This document shows positions 19,866 through 28,344 of a stretch of 64,000 bases of DNA, piece by piece (position 1 is the first letter of the stretch; each line of letters begins with the position of its first letter). Both the position numbers and the translations under genes were made by a program. This DNA is from a virus. Taxonomy: Duplodnaviria; Heunggongvirae; Uroviricota; Caudoviricetes. The notes under the pieces were generated by a model. The model was not told the origin of the DNA and ran no database searches. It was given only the letters and a program-made list of their open reading frames with translations. Where the stretch lies: the IMG/VR virus record IMGVR_UViG_3300025853_000050, one strand, 5' to 3'.

Positions 19866-20184
19866 CTGTGGAGTGGCTACCAACAAACCCCAAGGGACGG
19901 CATTAGCAAGCCCTCCAGTAGTTATTGAGAAGGCCGTACCAATTCAAGTACCATTGGCGGTTAGGCCAGAGATTCCAAATTTAACCCCACCAAGAATCAA
20001 AGTTATTAACGGTGGTAACTATAAAGAGTTTTTTGAAACCTATTTGGTTAAGGATCCAAAGGCTTCATATGTTGCTATCACGGTCAAGGACTATGAAAGG
20101 CTTTCGGTGAATTTGGCCAAATTAAAGGCTTATGTATCACAACAAAATGATGTTATTCGATATTATGAAGAAGCCCTGAGATAA
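19810..20184 (+). CDS. o-spanin (outer-membrane lipoprotein spanin, Rz1/PseT.2-like)
   Basis: Lipobox LLTSCG followed by a proline-rich region; start embedded in the 3' end of the i-spanin gene. Confidence 0.5.
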   Translation: MQRMKLLIISLISLALLTSCGVATNKPQGTALASPPVVIEKAVPIQVPLAVRPEIPNLTPPRIKVINGGNYKEFFETYLVKDPKASYVAITVKDYERLSVNLAKLKAYVSQQNDVIRYYEEALR

Positions 20185-20185
20185 T

Positions 20186-20275
20186 ATGGGTATTATTTTC
20201 CTTATTATATACTATACAATATTATTTGGCGCGGCATTTACGTTAATTTACCTGGATTTTTTTAAGGACGATTGA
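20186..20275 (+). CDS. small hydrophobic peptide (29 aa)
   Basis: MGIIFLIIYYTILFGAAFTLIYLDFFKDD; below the ORF-track size cutoff. Confidence 0.2.
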   Translation: MGIIFLIIYYTILFGAAFTLIYLDFFKDD

Positions 20276-20385
20276 TGGTATTTTTTATTGGATTATTTTT
20301 AGGCCTAGTCACGGGATTCATATTGGGAATGATTTTCAGTTACATCATACTTAATATGGTATCAAGAAATATGATTGATTTATGA
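20275..20385 (+). CDS. small hydrophobic peptide (36 aa)
   Basis: MVFFIGLFLGLVTGFILGMIFSYIILNMVSRNMIDL; start overlaps the previous stop. Confidence 0.2.
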   Translation: MVFFIGLFLGLVTGFILGMIFSYIILNMVSRNMIDL

Positions 20386-20495
20386 TTGAAATAAAGAAAC
20401 TAAAAATTTTGGGTAAGGTAACTAACGAACCAAGAAAGTATTCGGCGTAGGTAAGAACCTACGGAACGAACTATGACGACGGATTATCACCTTCG

Positions 20496-20768
20496 GTGAT
20501 TTATCCATATATAGATGATTTAACATATTTTCCGGGAAAGATATGCGGAGAGATTACTGAACCTGAAATTGGAGAAGAATATATCATACTTACAGTTTCC
20601 GATACTCTGATCCTGGTGACCAATCCCAAGTTAGTTGAAGATATTCATTATATGATGATGGATTATTATAAAAACTTTAAATATAAAATGAGAAATTTGG
20701 CGGTGGAGCTGGAAAATAAAATTGATAAAGAGGAAAATCAGTTTGACCAAATAAACTGGTGGTGTTAA
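20496..20768 (+). CDS. hypothetical protein (GTG start)
   Basis: 90-aa ORF. Confidence 0.25.
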   Translation: MIYPYIDDLTYFPGKICGEITEPEIGEEYIILTVSDTLILVTNPKLVEDIHYMMMDYYKNFKYKMRNLAVELENKIDKEENQFDQINWWC

Positions 20769-21385
20769 GGGATATGAAATTTGATCTTCCAGAACCTTGT
20801 CCAGAAGAATACTACTGGATGAATGCCGATCCAGATGAAATGTGGGTTATGGATAAACTTATTCTATCCAGAAAACTAAATTACATCTGCGGTCCTGTGG
20901 GACAAAGGGTGCCGAAACCAGATTGGTATATCGTCAGACCTTGTGTTAATGCACTCGGCCTTGGTATGGGGGCCAAAAAGGTTTGGATAGAAAACACAAC
21001 GGATAACATGCCTGTGGGACATTTTTGGTCAGAGTTCTTCGAAGGTGATCATCTAAGTGTAGATTATGTTTATGGAAAGCAGACGTTGTGTGTCAAAGGT
21101 ATCAAAAAAGAAAATACAATGACCCGTTGGGATCGTTGGATTAAAACAGACAAAACCATACCGTTCCCGTCTATTCTAAATCAGTTTTCTAATAAAGAAA
21201 TTATTAACTGTGAATTTATTGGTGGCAAACTAATTGAAGTGCATTTCAGAAGAAATGTTGACTTTGATAATGGAATAAAGGAGTTTATACCTGTATGGGA
21301 AGGTCAAAATAAAGTTCCACCGATGGGGTATAAGTTTATTGATTCAAAAGAGTTAAATGGGAGAATAGGAGCTTTTGTTAGATGA
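20759..21385 (+). CDS. hypothetical protein
   Basis: 208-aa ORF; no motif recognised. Confidence 0.35.
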   Translation: MVLRDMKFDLPEPCPEEYYWMNADPDEMWVMDKLILSRKLNYICGPVGQRVPKPDWYIVRPCVNALGLGMGAKKVWIENTTDNMPVGHFWSEFFEGDHLSVDYVYGKQTLCVKGIKKENTMTRWDRWIKTDKTIPFPSILNQFSNKEIINCEFIGGKLIEVHFRRNVDFDNGIKEFIPVWEGQNKVPPMGYKFIDSKELNGRIGAFVR

Positions 21386-21693
21386 CTAATGATAAAGAAA
21401 ATATTATGCAAAAATTGTCTGATCAAACTCAAGAATTTCAAGCATTAATCGAACAAGAAAAACAAGAAATGGACGCCTGGTGGGAAAGTCTTTCGAAGGA
21501 AGACCAAATGAAGGCATTCTACTCGGTAGTTAGCCGTATTGTAAAAGGTGAACTAGAAGACCAGGGATCATATCGTTACGTTTTATATAACGTATTTGGC
21601 TTTGATGCAGATGCATATATAATGGGAATGAATTGTGGATTTATGGCTTTACATAACGCAATCCCACTTGATGTGAAAAAGATGAGTGAATAA
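21382..21693 (+). CDS. hypothetical protein
   Basis: 103-aa ORF; stop/start overlap with its neighbours. Confidence 0.35.
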   Translation: MTNDKENIMQKLSDQTQEFQALIEQEKQEMDAWWESLSKEDQMKAFYSVVSRIVKGELEDQGSYRYVLYNVFGFDADAYIMGMNCGFMALHNAIPLDVKKMSE

Positions 21694-22076
21694 TGACTAA
21701 TAAAATTCCAGATAAGTCTTGGACCAAAAAGGATTTTAAGCTAGACTGGTTTTCAGGAACTGGTGCTGGTGGTCAACATCGAAATAAGCACCAAAACTGC
21801 GTTCGTATCACTCATATTGAGTCAGGTATTACTGTAATCGGACAGAACCATAGAGAAAGATCACGAAATCTAAAGGAAGCGTTTAATATACTTGCCAAGA
21901 AGGTTGTTCAGTGGTATTATGGAGAGGATCAAAAAAATCGGTTCAATGCCACGGATATTGTTAGGACTTACAATGAACCTGATAATCGTGTTGTTGATCA
22001 TAGAACTGGCAAGAAGGTTGCTTACAAGAACTTTGACCTAGAAGATATTATTGGAGAAATTTTAGCAGATGAATGA
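21693..22076 (+). CDS. class-I release-factor GGQ-domain protein (ArfB/YaeJ-like peptidyl-tRNA hydrolase)
   Basis: SGTGAGGQHRNKHQNCVRITHIESGITV matches the RF-1/ArfB GGQ catalytic motif (GGQHVN..VR..H). Size of about 127 aa is typical of ArfB. Confidence 0.6.
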   Translation: MTNKIPDKSWTKKDFKLDWFSGTGAGGQHRNKHQNCVRITHIESGITVIGQNHRERSRNLKEAFNILAKKVVQWYYGEDQKNRFNATDIVRTYNEPDNRVVDHRTGKKVAYKNFDLEDIIGEILADE

Positions 22077-22303
22077 AAAGGGTACGGTAATCTTGTCTTA
22101 GGTAATAATTCAACAAATAGCTAAAGCTTGATACAAAACTTTTAGTATAGTATAGACCCTTGGTTTTTATAATAAACTATTATTAATCGACCTTTTGATA
22201 CCAAAAAATTTCCCGGCGGTTTTTTTATATATAAGGCAAAGCGAAATCCCTTAAAGATGAGGTAAGGCTTTAGTTAAAAGAAAATCGTTTATCGCCTTGC
22301 TTT

Positions 22304-22412
22304 TCGTTTACTCTCGTTGGCGACCCTTCCTTCCCGTTGACTCTCGTTGAAGACTCTTCCTTCTCGTTGACTCTCGTTGAAGACTCTTCCTTCTCGTTGA
22401 CTCTCGTTGGCG
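22304..22412. repeat. tandem direct repeats, about 30-bp unit x3.5 (core CTCGTTGA)
   Basis: ctctcgttgaagactcttccttctcgttga repeated. Confidence 0.8.
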
Positions 22413-22460
22413 ATGCTTATACTCAAAAACTCCTAAACCCCCGAACCATATGTATTAATG

Positions 22461-22471
22461 GTGGGGGGGGG
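22461..22471. repeat. poly-G homopolymer tract (about 10 G)
   Basis: gtgggggggggtt. Confidence 0.8.
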
Positions 22472-22787
22472 TTAGAATAAAAATGACCCTAGCGCATGAT
22501 TCGTTCGTAAGCTTTAAGTATAGCGCTAGCGCAGCGCTACCGCTCAAGCGTTACTCGTGTATACTAATATATAATAAAAGTATCAGCTATATGGGCGAGA
22601 ATAAGAATACTACCCAAAATACAGCCCATCATAATAAAGAAACGAACCACGAAGAAATGGGATTCCATAACGTATCTCCTAAGAAACTTTTATATTATTT
22701 ACATTATACCGTATTTTACGGGGAACCGAAAGAACTTTTCTACGAAATTCAAATTATTATACGGGCACCGCGCTCGCATACAATTTG

Positions 22788-22918
22788 AGTATTTTATCGT
22801 TAGTTGGTTGGTTAGTTGTTGGTTGGTTAGTATATAGTTGGTTGGCAGTTGGTTGGTTAGTATATAGTTGGTTGGCAGTTGGTTGGTTAGTATATAGTTG
22901 GTTGGCAGTTGGTTGGTC
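22788..22918. repeat. tandem direct repeats, about 30-bp unit x3.5 (core GTTGGTTGG)
   Basis: agttggttggttagtatatagttggttggc repeated. Confidence 0.8.
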
Positions 22919-23004
22919 CAGCGCGCGAAGATTCTTAAGAAAACCTCTTTACTTCCAGGGCATCTTAGGGTACAATGGGGTATAGTTAATAAGGAGTTAA
23001 AGCT

Positions 23005-23253
23005 ATGTGGAATAAACCAACCCGTCGCTCTGTCGTCGCCTCTGTTATGTCTGCTAACGAAGGTCAGCCTATGGAAGCTGTCCTTCCCCTGATCGTTGAA
23101 GCTATTTATTCTAACGATCTCCAGAAAGACGGTTTTGGTATGAAGGAAGCTACCCGTGCATACCGTTCTGCCGTTCGTAATGGACGTGCTCCTGGTGAAA
23201 GCTATGCTGATACCAAGGCTAAGGTTACCGAACCCGAAATTGAGGTAGCCTGA
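23005..23253 (+). CDS. small early protein, paralog family A (MWNKPTRRSVVA...)
   Basis: 82 aa; one of four near-identical paralogs; PeSL cassette 1. Confidence 0.55.
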   Translation: MWNKPTRRSVVASVMSANEGQPMEAVLPLIVEAIYSNDLQKDGFGMKEATRAYRSAVRNGRAPGESYADTKAKVTEPEIEVA

Positions 23254-23369
23254 TTTAAGGGGGCTTCGGCCCCCTTTTTTTCGCTTCGCGCGCCGAAGAA
23301 TTCTAAGAAAACCTCTTTACTATCATGATCTTATAGGCTATACTTTAAAAATATATTAAAGGAGAGAAT

Positions 23370-23552
23370 ATGGAATATCCTAAAATTTGCTCAATGCATT
23401 CTGATCTAGAAGCTATGGTTGAGGCTGACGTTAGAGTATGGTGTGCGGAAAATAATCTATCGTTCAATAGTCCTTTTGCGGCATATCGTGCTTATTGGAA
23501 AGCTCAACTTGAAGAGTTTTACGACGATATCAAACACGCCTGGAAACAATAG
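23370..23552 (+). CDS. small early protein (unique)
   Basis: 60 aa; own cassette promoter and RBS GGAGAGAAT. Confidence 0.45.
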   Translation: MEYPKICSMHSDLEAMVEADVRVWCAENNLSFNSPFAAYRAYWKAQLEEFYDDIKHAWKQ

Positions 23553-23656
23553 GAAGGATCTTTTTGCCAGCGCGCCAGAAGAATTCTAAGAAAACCTCTT
23601 TACTTTCATGCCCGTTTAAGGTATAACATACCTATAGTTACTAAGGAGTTAAAGCT

Positions 23657-24166
23657 ATGTGGAACAAACCAACCCGTCGCTCGGTTGTTGCCGAAGTAAT
23701 GAACGCTAACACCGATAAGGCTATGGAAGACGTCCTTCCCCTGATCGTAGAAGCTGAATTGGAAGCCGGTTTTGAATGTGACCTTAAAGTCGCTCGTCGT
23801 CATTATGCTTCGGCTGTCCGTAACGGTCGAGCAACCGGAGTAATGCCGGAACGTAAAGTAGCTAGCCCAAAACCCCGTAAAAAGAAAACTAAAATTGAGG
23901 TAGCTACTACAGCAAGCCCAAAACAGAAAAAGTCTGAGACAAAAGAAACTATTACCGATCAGGAAAAGGATGCTGTTGTCCAGGCTAATATGAAGCGTCT
24001 AATGGATTACCGAGCAAAGCTAAAAGCTAAGGAACAAGACGAAGAAATCAAAAAAGAAGCCCAAGAACAAAAACGTTCGGACGATTACGATACTTCGTTT
24101 GACGATCCTTATGCTTCCCCTAGTTCGCTTTCTGTAGAACAAGTTTCTAACCTTACTGGATACTGA
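23657..24166 (+). CDS. family A paralog with Lys/Glu-rich C-terminal extension
   Basis: 169 aa; N-terminus MWNKPTRRSVVAEVMNANTDKAMEDVLPLIVEA shared with family A. Confidence 0.55.
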   Translation: MWNKPTRRSVVAEVMNANTDKAMEDVLPLIVEAELEAGFECDLKVARRHYASAVRNGRATGVMPERKVASPKPRKKKTKIEVATTASPKQKKSETKETITDQEKDAVVQANMKRLMDYRAKLKAKEQDEEIKKEAQEQKRSDDYDTSFDDPYASPSSLSVEQVSNLTGY

Positions 24167-24282
24167 TTAAAGGGGCTTCGGCCCCTTTTCTTTTGCCAGC
24201 GCGCTGAAGAATTCTAAGAAAACCTCTTTACTTCCATGGCGTCTTAGGGTACAATGACCTATAGTTAATAAGGAGTTCTGCT

Positions 24283-24429
24283 ATGATTAAGACCCGTGTT
24301 GCCTACGAAGCTGCTCTAGCCGTTTATCAGTCCTATCAGGATTTGGGCCGGACGTCTGGTAACGATTTCAAGTTTTTGTTTGAGCTTGCTTATCAAATCG
24401 GTGAATACGAACGTACCTATCTGAAATGA
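24283..24429 (+). CDS. small early protein, paralog family B (MIKTRVAYEAA...)
   Basis: 48 aa; below ORF-track cutoff; cassette promoter and RBS AAGGAG. Confidence 0.45.
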   Translation: MIKTRVAYEAALAVYQSYQDLGRTSGNDFKFLFELAYQIGEYERTYLK

Positions 24430-24538
24430 TCAACGGGGAGCTTCGGCTCCCCAGCGCGCTGAAGAATTCTAAGAAAACCTCTTTACTTCTATGCCCGTTT
24501 AGGGTATAACATACCTATAGTTACTAAGGAGTTCTACT

Positions 24539-24718
24539 ATGATTAAGACCCGTCTTGCCTACGAGGCCGCTTGTGCCGTTTATGACAAATATATTGCTGA
24601 GGGCCGGACGTCCGGTGACGACTCGAAGTTTTTGTCTGAGATATCCCGTCAACTCGCCGATTATGACCGTAGATGCGCCGAGGCTTTATTAAAAGCACTA
24701 GGATACGACTTTACATAA
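24539..24718 (+). CDS. family B paralog
   Basis: 59 aa: MIKTRLAYEAACAVYDKYIAEGRTSGDD... Confidence 0.45.
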   Translation: MIKTRLAYEAACAVYDKYIAEGRTSGDDSKFLSEISRQLADYDRRCAEALLKALGYDFT

Positions 24719-24832
24719 GGAAAGGGGCTTCGGCCCCTTTTTCGCGATGGCGCGCTCACGGATTCTAAGAAAACCTCTTTACTTCCACGGTAGCTTAGGG
24801 TAATATACTCTTATAACTTAAAGGAGCAAATT

Positions 24833-25063
24833 ATGTCTATCAAAAATTCTTATATTTCTGAAGGCTTCGACCTTAGCCACGAAAAAATGGGAATATATAT
24901 TGAGGAATTTGCTGATAATTCTACCCAGCTAACTATTGAGTTAGAAGTTATCCCTGGAGATTCTTATAATTCCCCAACTTTTACTTTCGCCGATCTTTAT
25001 GATGTAAAAAATGTTCGTGATATTCTGAACGAATATATTGAAATAGTTGAAAAAGAACTTTGA
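24833..25063 (+). CDS. small acidic early protein (unique)
   Basis: 76 aa; cassette 6. Confidence 0.45.
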   Translation: MSIKNSYISEGFDLSHEKMGIYIEEFADNSTQLTIELEVIPGDSYNSPTFTFADLYDVKNVRDILNEYIEIVEKEL

Positions 25064-25181
25064 GGAAAGGGGCTTCGGCCCCTTTTTTCTTACCCGAAGC
25101 GCGCCGAAGAATTCTAAGAAAACCTCTTTACTTCCACGGCAGCTTAGGGTATAATGACCTATAGTTAATAAGGAGCCTTAA

Positions 25182-25355
25182 ATGATGATTACCACTCGTG
25201 TTGCCTTTGAAGCCGCTTCTGCCGTTTATGACCGTTATATTAAAGAGTGCCGGGTCTACGGTGACGACTGGACGTTTTTGTGTGAGCTTGCCCGTCAACT
25301 CGCTGCGTTTGATTATGATTGGCGCCCAGCTGCTCTAGCTAATATTGATGAGTAA
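25182..25355 (+). CDS. family B paralog
   Basis: 57 aa: MMITTRVAFEAASAVYDRYIKECRVYGDD... Confidence 0.45.
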   Translation: MMITTRVAFEAASAVYDRYIKECRVYGDDWTFLCELARQLAAFDYDWRPAALANIDE

Positions 25356-25472
25356 GGAAAGGGGAGCTTCGGCTCCCTTTTTTCGCGATCGCGCGCTTGG
25401 CCATAAAAAACCTCTTTACTTCCATGCCCGTTTAAGGTATAATGTACCTATAGCTTTTAAGGAGACCTGCTG

Positions 25473-25670
25473 ATGAATAAAAATAATTACGGCAATCTAG
25501 TGTTAGGTGATATCGACCGTCCAGCCGGGGAGTGCCTTCGCTTTCGCCGGGATGAGAGCGGTGCGTGGTTTGAATATGTGCCACCACAGAATACAGGCCA
25601 AAATACCAAAATCTTTAAAATGGATAATCCAGCCGTAGTAAAAATGCTAATACGTATGTTGAAAGAATAA
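25473..25670 (+). CDS. small early protein (unique)
   Basis: 65 aa; cassette 8. Confidence 0.45.
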   Translation: MNKNNYGNLVLGDIDRPAGECLRFRRDESGAWFEYVPPQNTGQNTKIFKMDNPAVVKMLIRMLKE

Positions 25671-25773
25671 GGAAAGGGGAGCTTCGGCTCCCAGCGCGCT
25701 GGCCATAGAAAACCTCTTTACTTCCATAGCAGCATAGGGTATAATGTACCTATAGCTTTTAAGGAGTTCTGCT

Positions 25774-25947
25774 ATGAAAACCATTGCCGCCATCCGCCGT
25801 GAGATTACAAATCACATCACTGACAAAATTATGAGCAATCCGATGCACAAGGATTCGGACCGGATGACTATCCGTAAACGTACACTACAAGAATTGAAAG
25901 GTATCGACGAAGAATCCCTTCGTAGAATCCATACTAGCATAGCATGA
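25774..25947 (+). CDS. small basic early protein (unique)
   Basis: 57 aa: MKTIAAIRREITNHITDKIMSNPMHKD... Confidence 0.4.
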   Translation: MKTIAAIRREITNHITDKIMSNPMHKDSDRMTIRKRTLQELKGIDEESLRRIHTSIA

Positions 25948-26070
25948 TCCAACGGGGAGCTTCGGCTCCCCAGCGCGCTCGCGGATTTTTTAAGAAAACT
26001 TAAGAAAACCTCTTTACTTCCATGGCAGCTTAGGGTATAACATACCTATAGTTAATAAGGAGTTAAAGCT

Positions 26071-26319
26071 ATGTGGAATCGTCCTACTCGCCGTTCGGTT
26101 GTTGCCTCTGTTATGTCTGCTAACGAAGGCCAGCCTATGGAAGCCGTTTTGCCTTTGATCGTGGAAGCTATCCATTCCGAAAACTTAGAGAAAGATGGCT
26201 TTGGCATTAAGGAAGCTACCCGTGCCTATCGTTCGGCTGTTCGCAACGGTCGTGCTCCTGGTGAAAGCTATGCTGATTCTAAAGCTAAGGCTGCCGAACC
26301 CGAAATTGAGGTAGCCTGA
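26071..26319 (+). CDS. family A paralog
   Basis: 82 aa, near identical to 23005..23253. Confidence 0.55.
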   Translation: MWNRPTRRSVVASVMSANEGQPMEAVLPLIVEAIHSENLEKDGFGIKEATRAYRSAVRNGRAPGESYADSKAKAAEPEIEVA

Positions 26320-26450
26320 TTTAAGGGGGCTTCGGCCCCCTTTTCTTTTGCCAGAGCGCGCCGGAGGATTCTTAAAAAACCTAAGAAAACCTCTTTACTT
26401 CCATGGCAGCTTAGGGTACAATGGGGTATAGTTAATAAGGAGTTAAAGCT

Positions 26451-26699
26451 ATGTGGAATCGCCCTACTCGCCGTTCGGTTGTCGCTGGAGTAATGAACGC
26501 TAACACCGACAAGGCTATGGAAGATGTCCTTCCCCTGATCGTGGAAGCTATCCATTCCGAAAACTTGGAAAAGGATGGATTCGGTATTAAGGAAGCTACC
26601 CGTGCTTATCGTTCGGCTGTCCGTAATGGCCGGGCAACCGGTGAAAGCTTTGCCGATACTAAGGCCAAAGCCTCCGAACCCGAAATTGAGGTAGCCTGA
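26451..26699 (+). CDS. family A paralog
   Basis: 82 aa. Confidence 0.55.
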   Translation: MWNRPTRRSVVAGVMNANTDKAMEDVLPLIVEAIHSENLEKDGFGIKEATRAYRSAVRNGRATGESFADTKAKASEPEIEVA

Positions 26700-26810
26700 T
26701 TTAAGGGGGCTTCGGCCCCCTTTTCTCCATCGCGCGCTGGGCCATAGAAAACCTCTTTACTTCCATGGCAGCTTAGGGTATAATGTACCTATAGCTTTTA
26801 GGGGTTCGCT

Positions 26811-26882
26811 ATGACTACTTTTTTCGTGTTCGTTATCATTGGCCTTGTAGCTTATGATCTGTTTGTACTGGAGAACTATTAA
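26811..26882 (+). CDS. small hydrophobic peptide (23 aa)
   Basis: MTTFFVFVIIGLVAYDLFVLENY; cassette 12. Confidence 0.3.
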   Translation: MTTFFVFVIIGLVAYDLFVLENY

Positions 26883-26971
26883 TGACTTATGCTGGAGTGT
26901 TTGTCTATTTCACCGTTTTGTTTATCGGGATCGCCGTAATGCTATTGATTGATATCAATTACCGAGAAAAA
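26882..26971 (+). CDS. small hydrophobic peptide (29 aa)
   Basis: MTYAGVFVYFTVLFIGIAVMLLIDINYREK; start overlaps the previous stop (TAATGA). Confidence 0.3.
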
Positions 26972-27082
26972 TAAACGTAAAGCTGGAGGGATTTCCTCCA
27001 GCGCGCCAGGCCATATAAAACCTCTTTACTTCCATGGCAGCTTAGGGTATAACATACCTATAGGTAATAAGGAGTTAAATCT

Positions 27083-27304
27083 ATGGGTTTGCTGATGTGT
27101 TTGAATGATATTAATATACGTCGTGCCTATGAGAATGGTACGTTGGTTTGTGAACGATTGGTTGGTCGTCTCGGGCCGTTTATCGCCATTGGTGATGGTT
27201 ATGGCATTTTATGCGTAGCTGATAATGAGTATGATGCAATTGATCGTATTGAGCAGGCGATTGGAAAAGATTTGGAGAAAATTCCATGGGTTAAAAATAA
27301 ATGA
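27083..27304 (+). CDS. small early protein (unique)
   Basis: 73 aa; cassette 13. Confidence 0.45.
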   Translation: MGLLMCLNDINIRRAYENGTLVCERLVGRLGPFIAIGDGYGILCVADNEYDAIDRIEQAIGKDLEKIPWVKNK

Positions 27305-27405
27305 GAAATGGGAGCTTCGGCTCCCAGCGCGCCAGGCCATAAAAAACCTCTTTACTTCCATGGCAGCTTAGGGTATAATGGGGTTTAATCTTATGGAGAA
27401 GTTTT

Positions 27406-27654
27406 ATGAAACTCGGCGATGTAATGGAAACTTTTTCTTGGCAGCCTGAAATTGAACCTTCATTAAAAACTTTGGAAACCAGTTCAGATTTATTTGAACG
27501 GATTAATGCCAACAGCACTTTAATGTCTGTGGCCTTAAAAGTTTCAAACGGAGACGCTTTGCTAGCTGCGGATATCATGGGTCAAGTTCATAAGGTGCTT
27601 GGGCGCGCCGTCGGCATATTCATATTTTATGACCGAAGCGCGCGATCGCCATAA
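27406..27654 (+). CDS. small early protein (unique)
   Basis: 82 aa; cassette 14. Confidence 0.4.
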   Translation: MKLGDVMETFSWQPEIEPSLKTLETSSDLFERINANSTLMSVALKVSNGDALLAADIMGQVHKVLGRAVGIFIFYDRSARSP

Positions 27655-27842
27655 AAAAATTAATGAATTCAACGGATTACCCCTTTACTTTCAGCCCCTA
27701 AACGGTTAAGATATAAAACTAAGTTAAACGCCACGAGTTTCGAAATGAACTAATCGGTTCCATCGTGTTCGAAGAAAGAAAACAACTCATTTCCGAAATA
27801 TCCTTTCGATGTAACGGATCCTTCCTAACCCAGCGTTTAACG

Positions 27843-27965
27843 ATCGAGAACCAAGAATCCGGAACCAGGATTCGCGAACCAAGAATGCGCAACCAAGAAT
27901 CTACAACCAGGAATCTAACAGGAATGCGCAACCAAGATTCTAGAACCAAGAATGCGCAACCAAGA
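27843..27965. repeat. tandem repeats, about 14-15-bp unit x8 (AACCAAGAATGCGC)
   Basis: gaaccaagaatgcgcaaccaagaatctacaaccagg... Confidence 0.8.
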
Positions 27966-28207
27966 ATCCAACATATTATACAATACAACACACTATATTA
28001 CAATGTATAATAAGGTCTAGCTGTTAGGCAATTATCATTAGACCTTATTATACCCATTATGCATTAAACATACATTACTATTGAATTGAATTATGAAAAC
28101 TTAATTTTAGAAATTATTAAAAACGTATAGTGGATTGTATATTACACTTCCGGAATCATTGTTATAATAGAAAAGTATGGGCGGCTTTTGACCGCCTTTT
28201 TTTACAC

Positions 28208-28330
28208 CATGTTGTCAGGGAAGTTGGTCAAGGAAGTTGGTCAAGGAAGTTGGTCACGAGAGTTGGTCAGCCATGTTGGTCACGAGAGTTGGTCAGCCAT
28301 GTTGGTCACGAGAGTTGGTCAGCCATGTTG
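28208..28330. repeat. tandem repeats, about 13-bp unit x9 (core GTTGGTCA)
   Basis: gaagttggtcaaggaagttggtcacgagagttggtcagccatgttggtcac... Confidence 0.8.
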
Positions 28331-28344
28331 GTACGTTACACATA

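Larger units (their letters stand above)
22905..27410 (+). promoter_or_regulatory. array of about 14 PeSL-like early cassettes (terminator hairpin + GCGCGC box + T4-type early promoter + conserved leader)
   Basis: Repeated unit AGCGCGC..GAAGAATTCTAAGAAAACCTCTTTACTTCCATGGCAGCTTAGGGTATAATG..TATAGTTAATAAGGAGTTAAAGCTATG (-35 TTTACT, 17-nt spacer, -10 TATAAT). Each follows a GGGGCTTCGGCCCC-type hairpin. Unit ends near 22990, 23369, 23656, 24282, 24538, 24832, 25181, 25472, 25773, 26070, 26450, 26810, 27082, 27405. Confidence 0.7.

Noticed and set aside
22483-22788. ORF 22483..22788 following the poly-G tract
   Set aside because: It lies in a repeat- and palindrome-rich non-coding region (agcgctagcgcagcgct), has no RBS or promoter of either local family, and its amino-acid composition is unconvincing. 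It is kept only as a remote possibility.
22785-23092. ORFs 22785..22985 and 22898..23092 with WLV-repeat translations
   Set aside because: They are generated by reading through the GTTGGTTGG tandem repeat array and the first cassette promoter; there is no independent coding signal.
22304-28330. Repeat arrays as CRISPR arrays
   Set aside because: Units are 13-30 bp with no intervening unique spacers of regular length and no cas genes; they are tandem iterons, not repeat-spacer structures.
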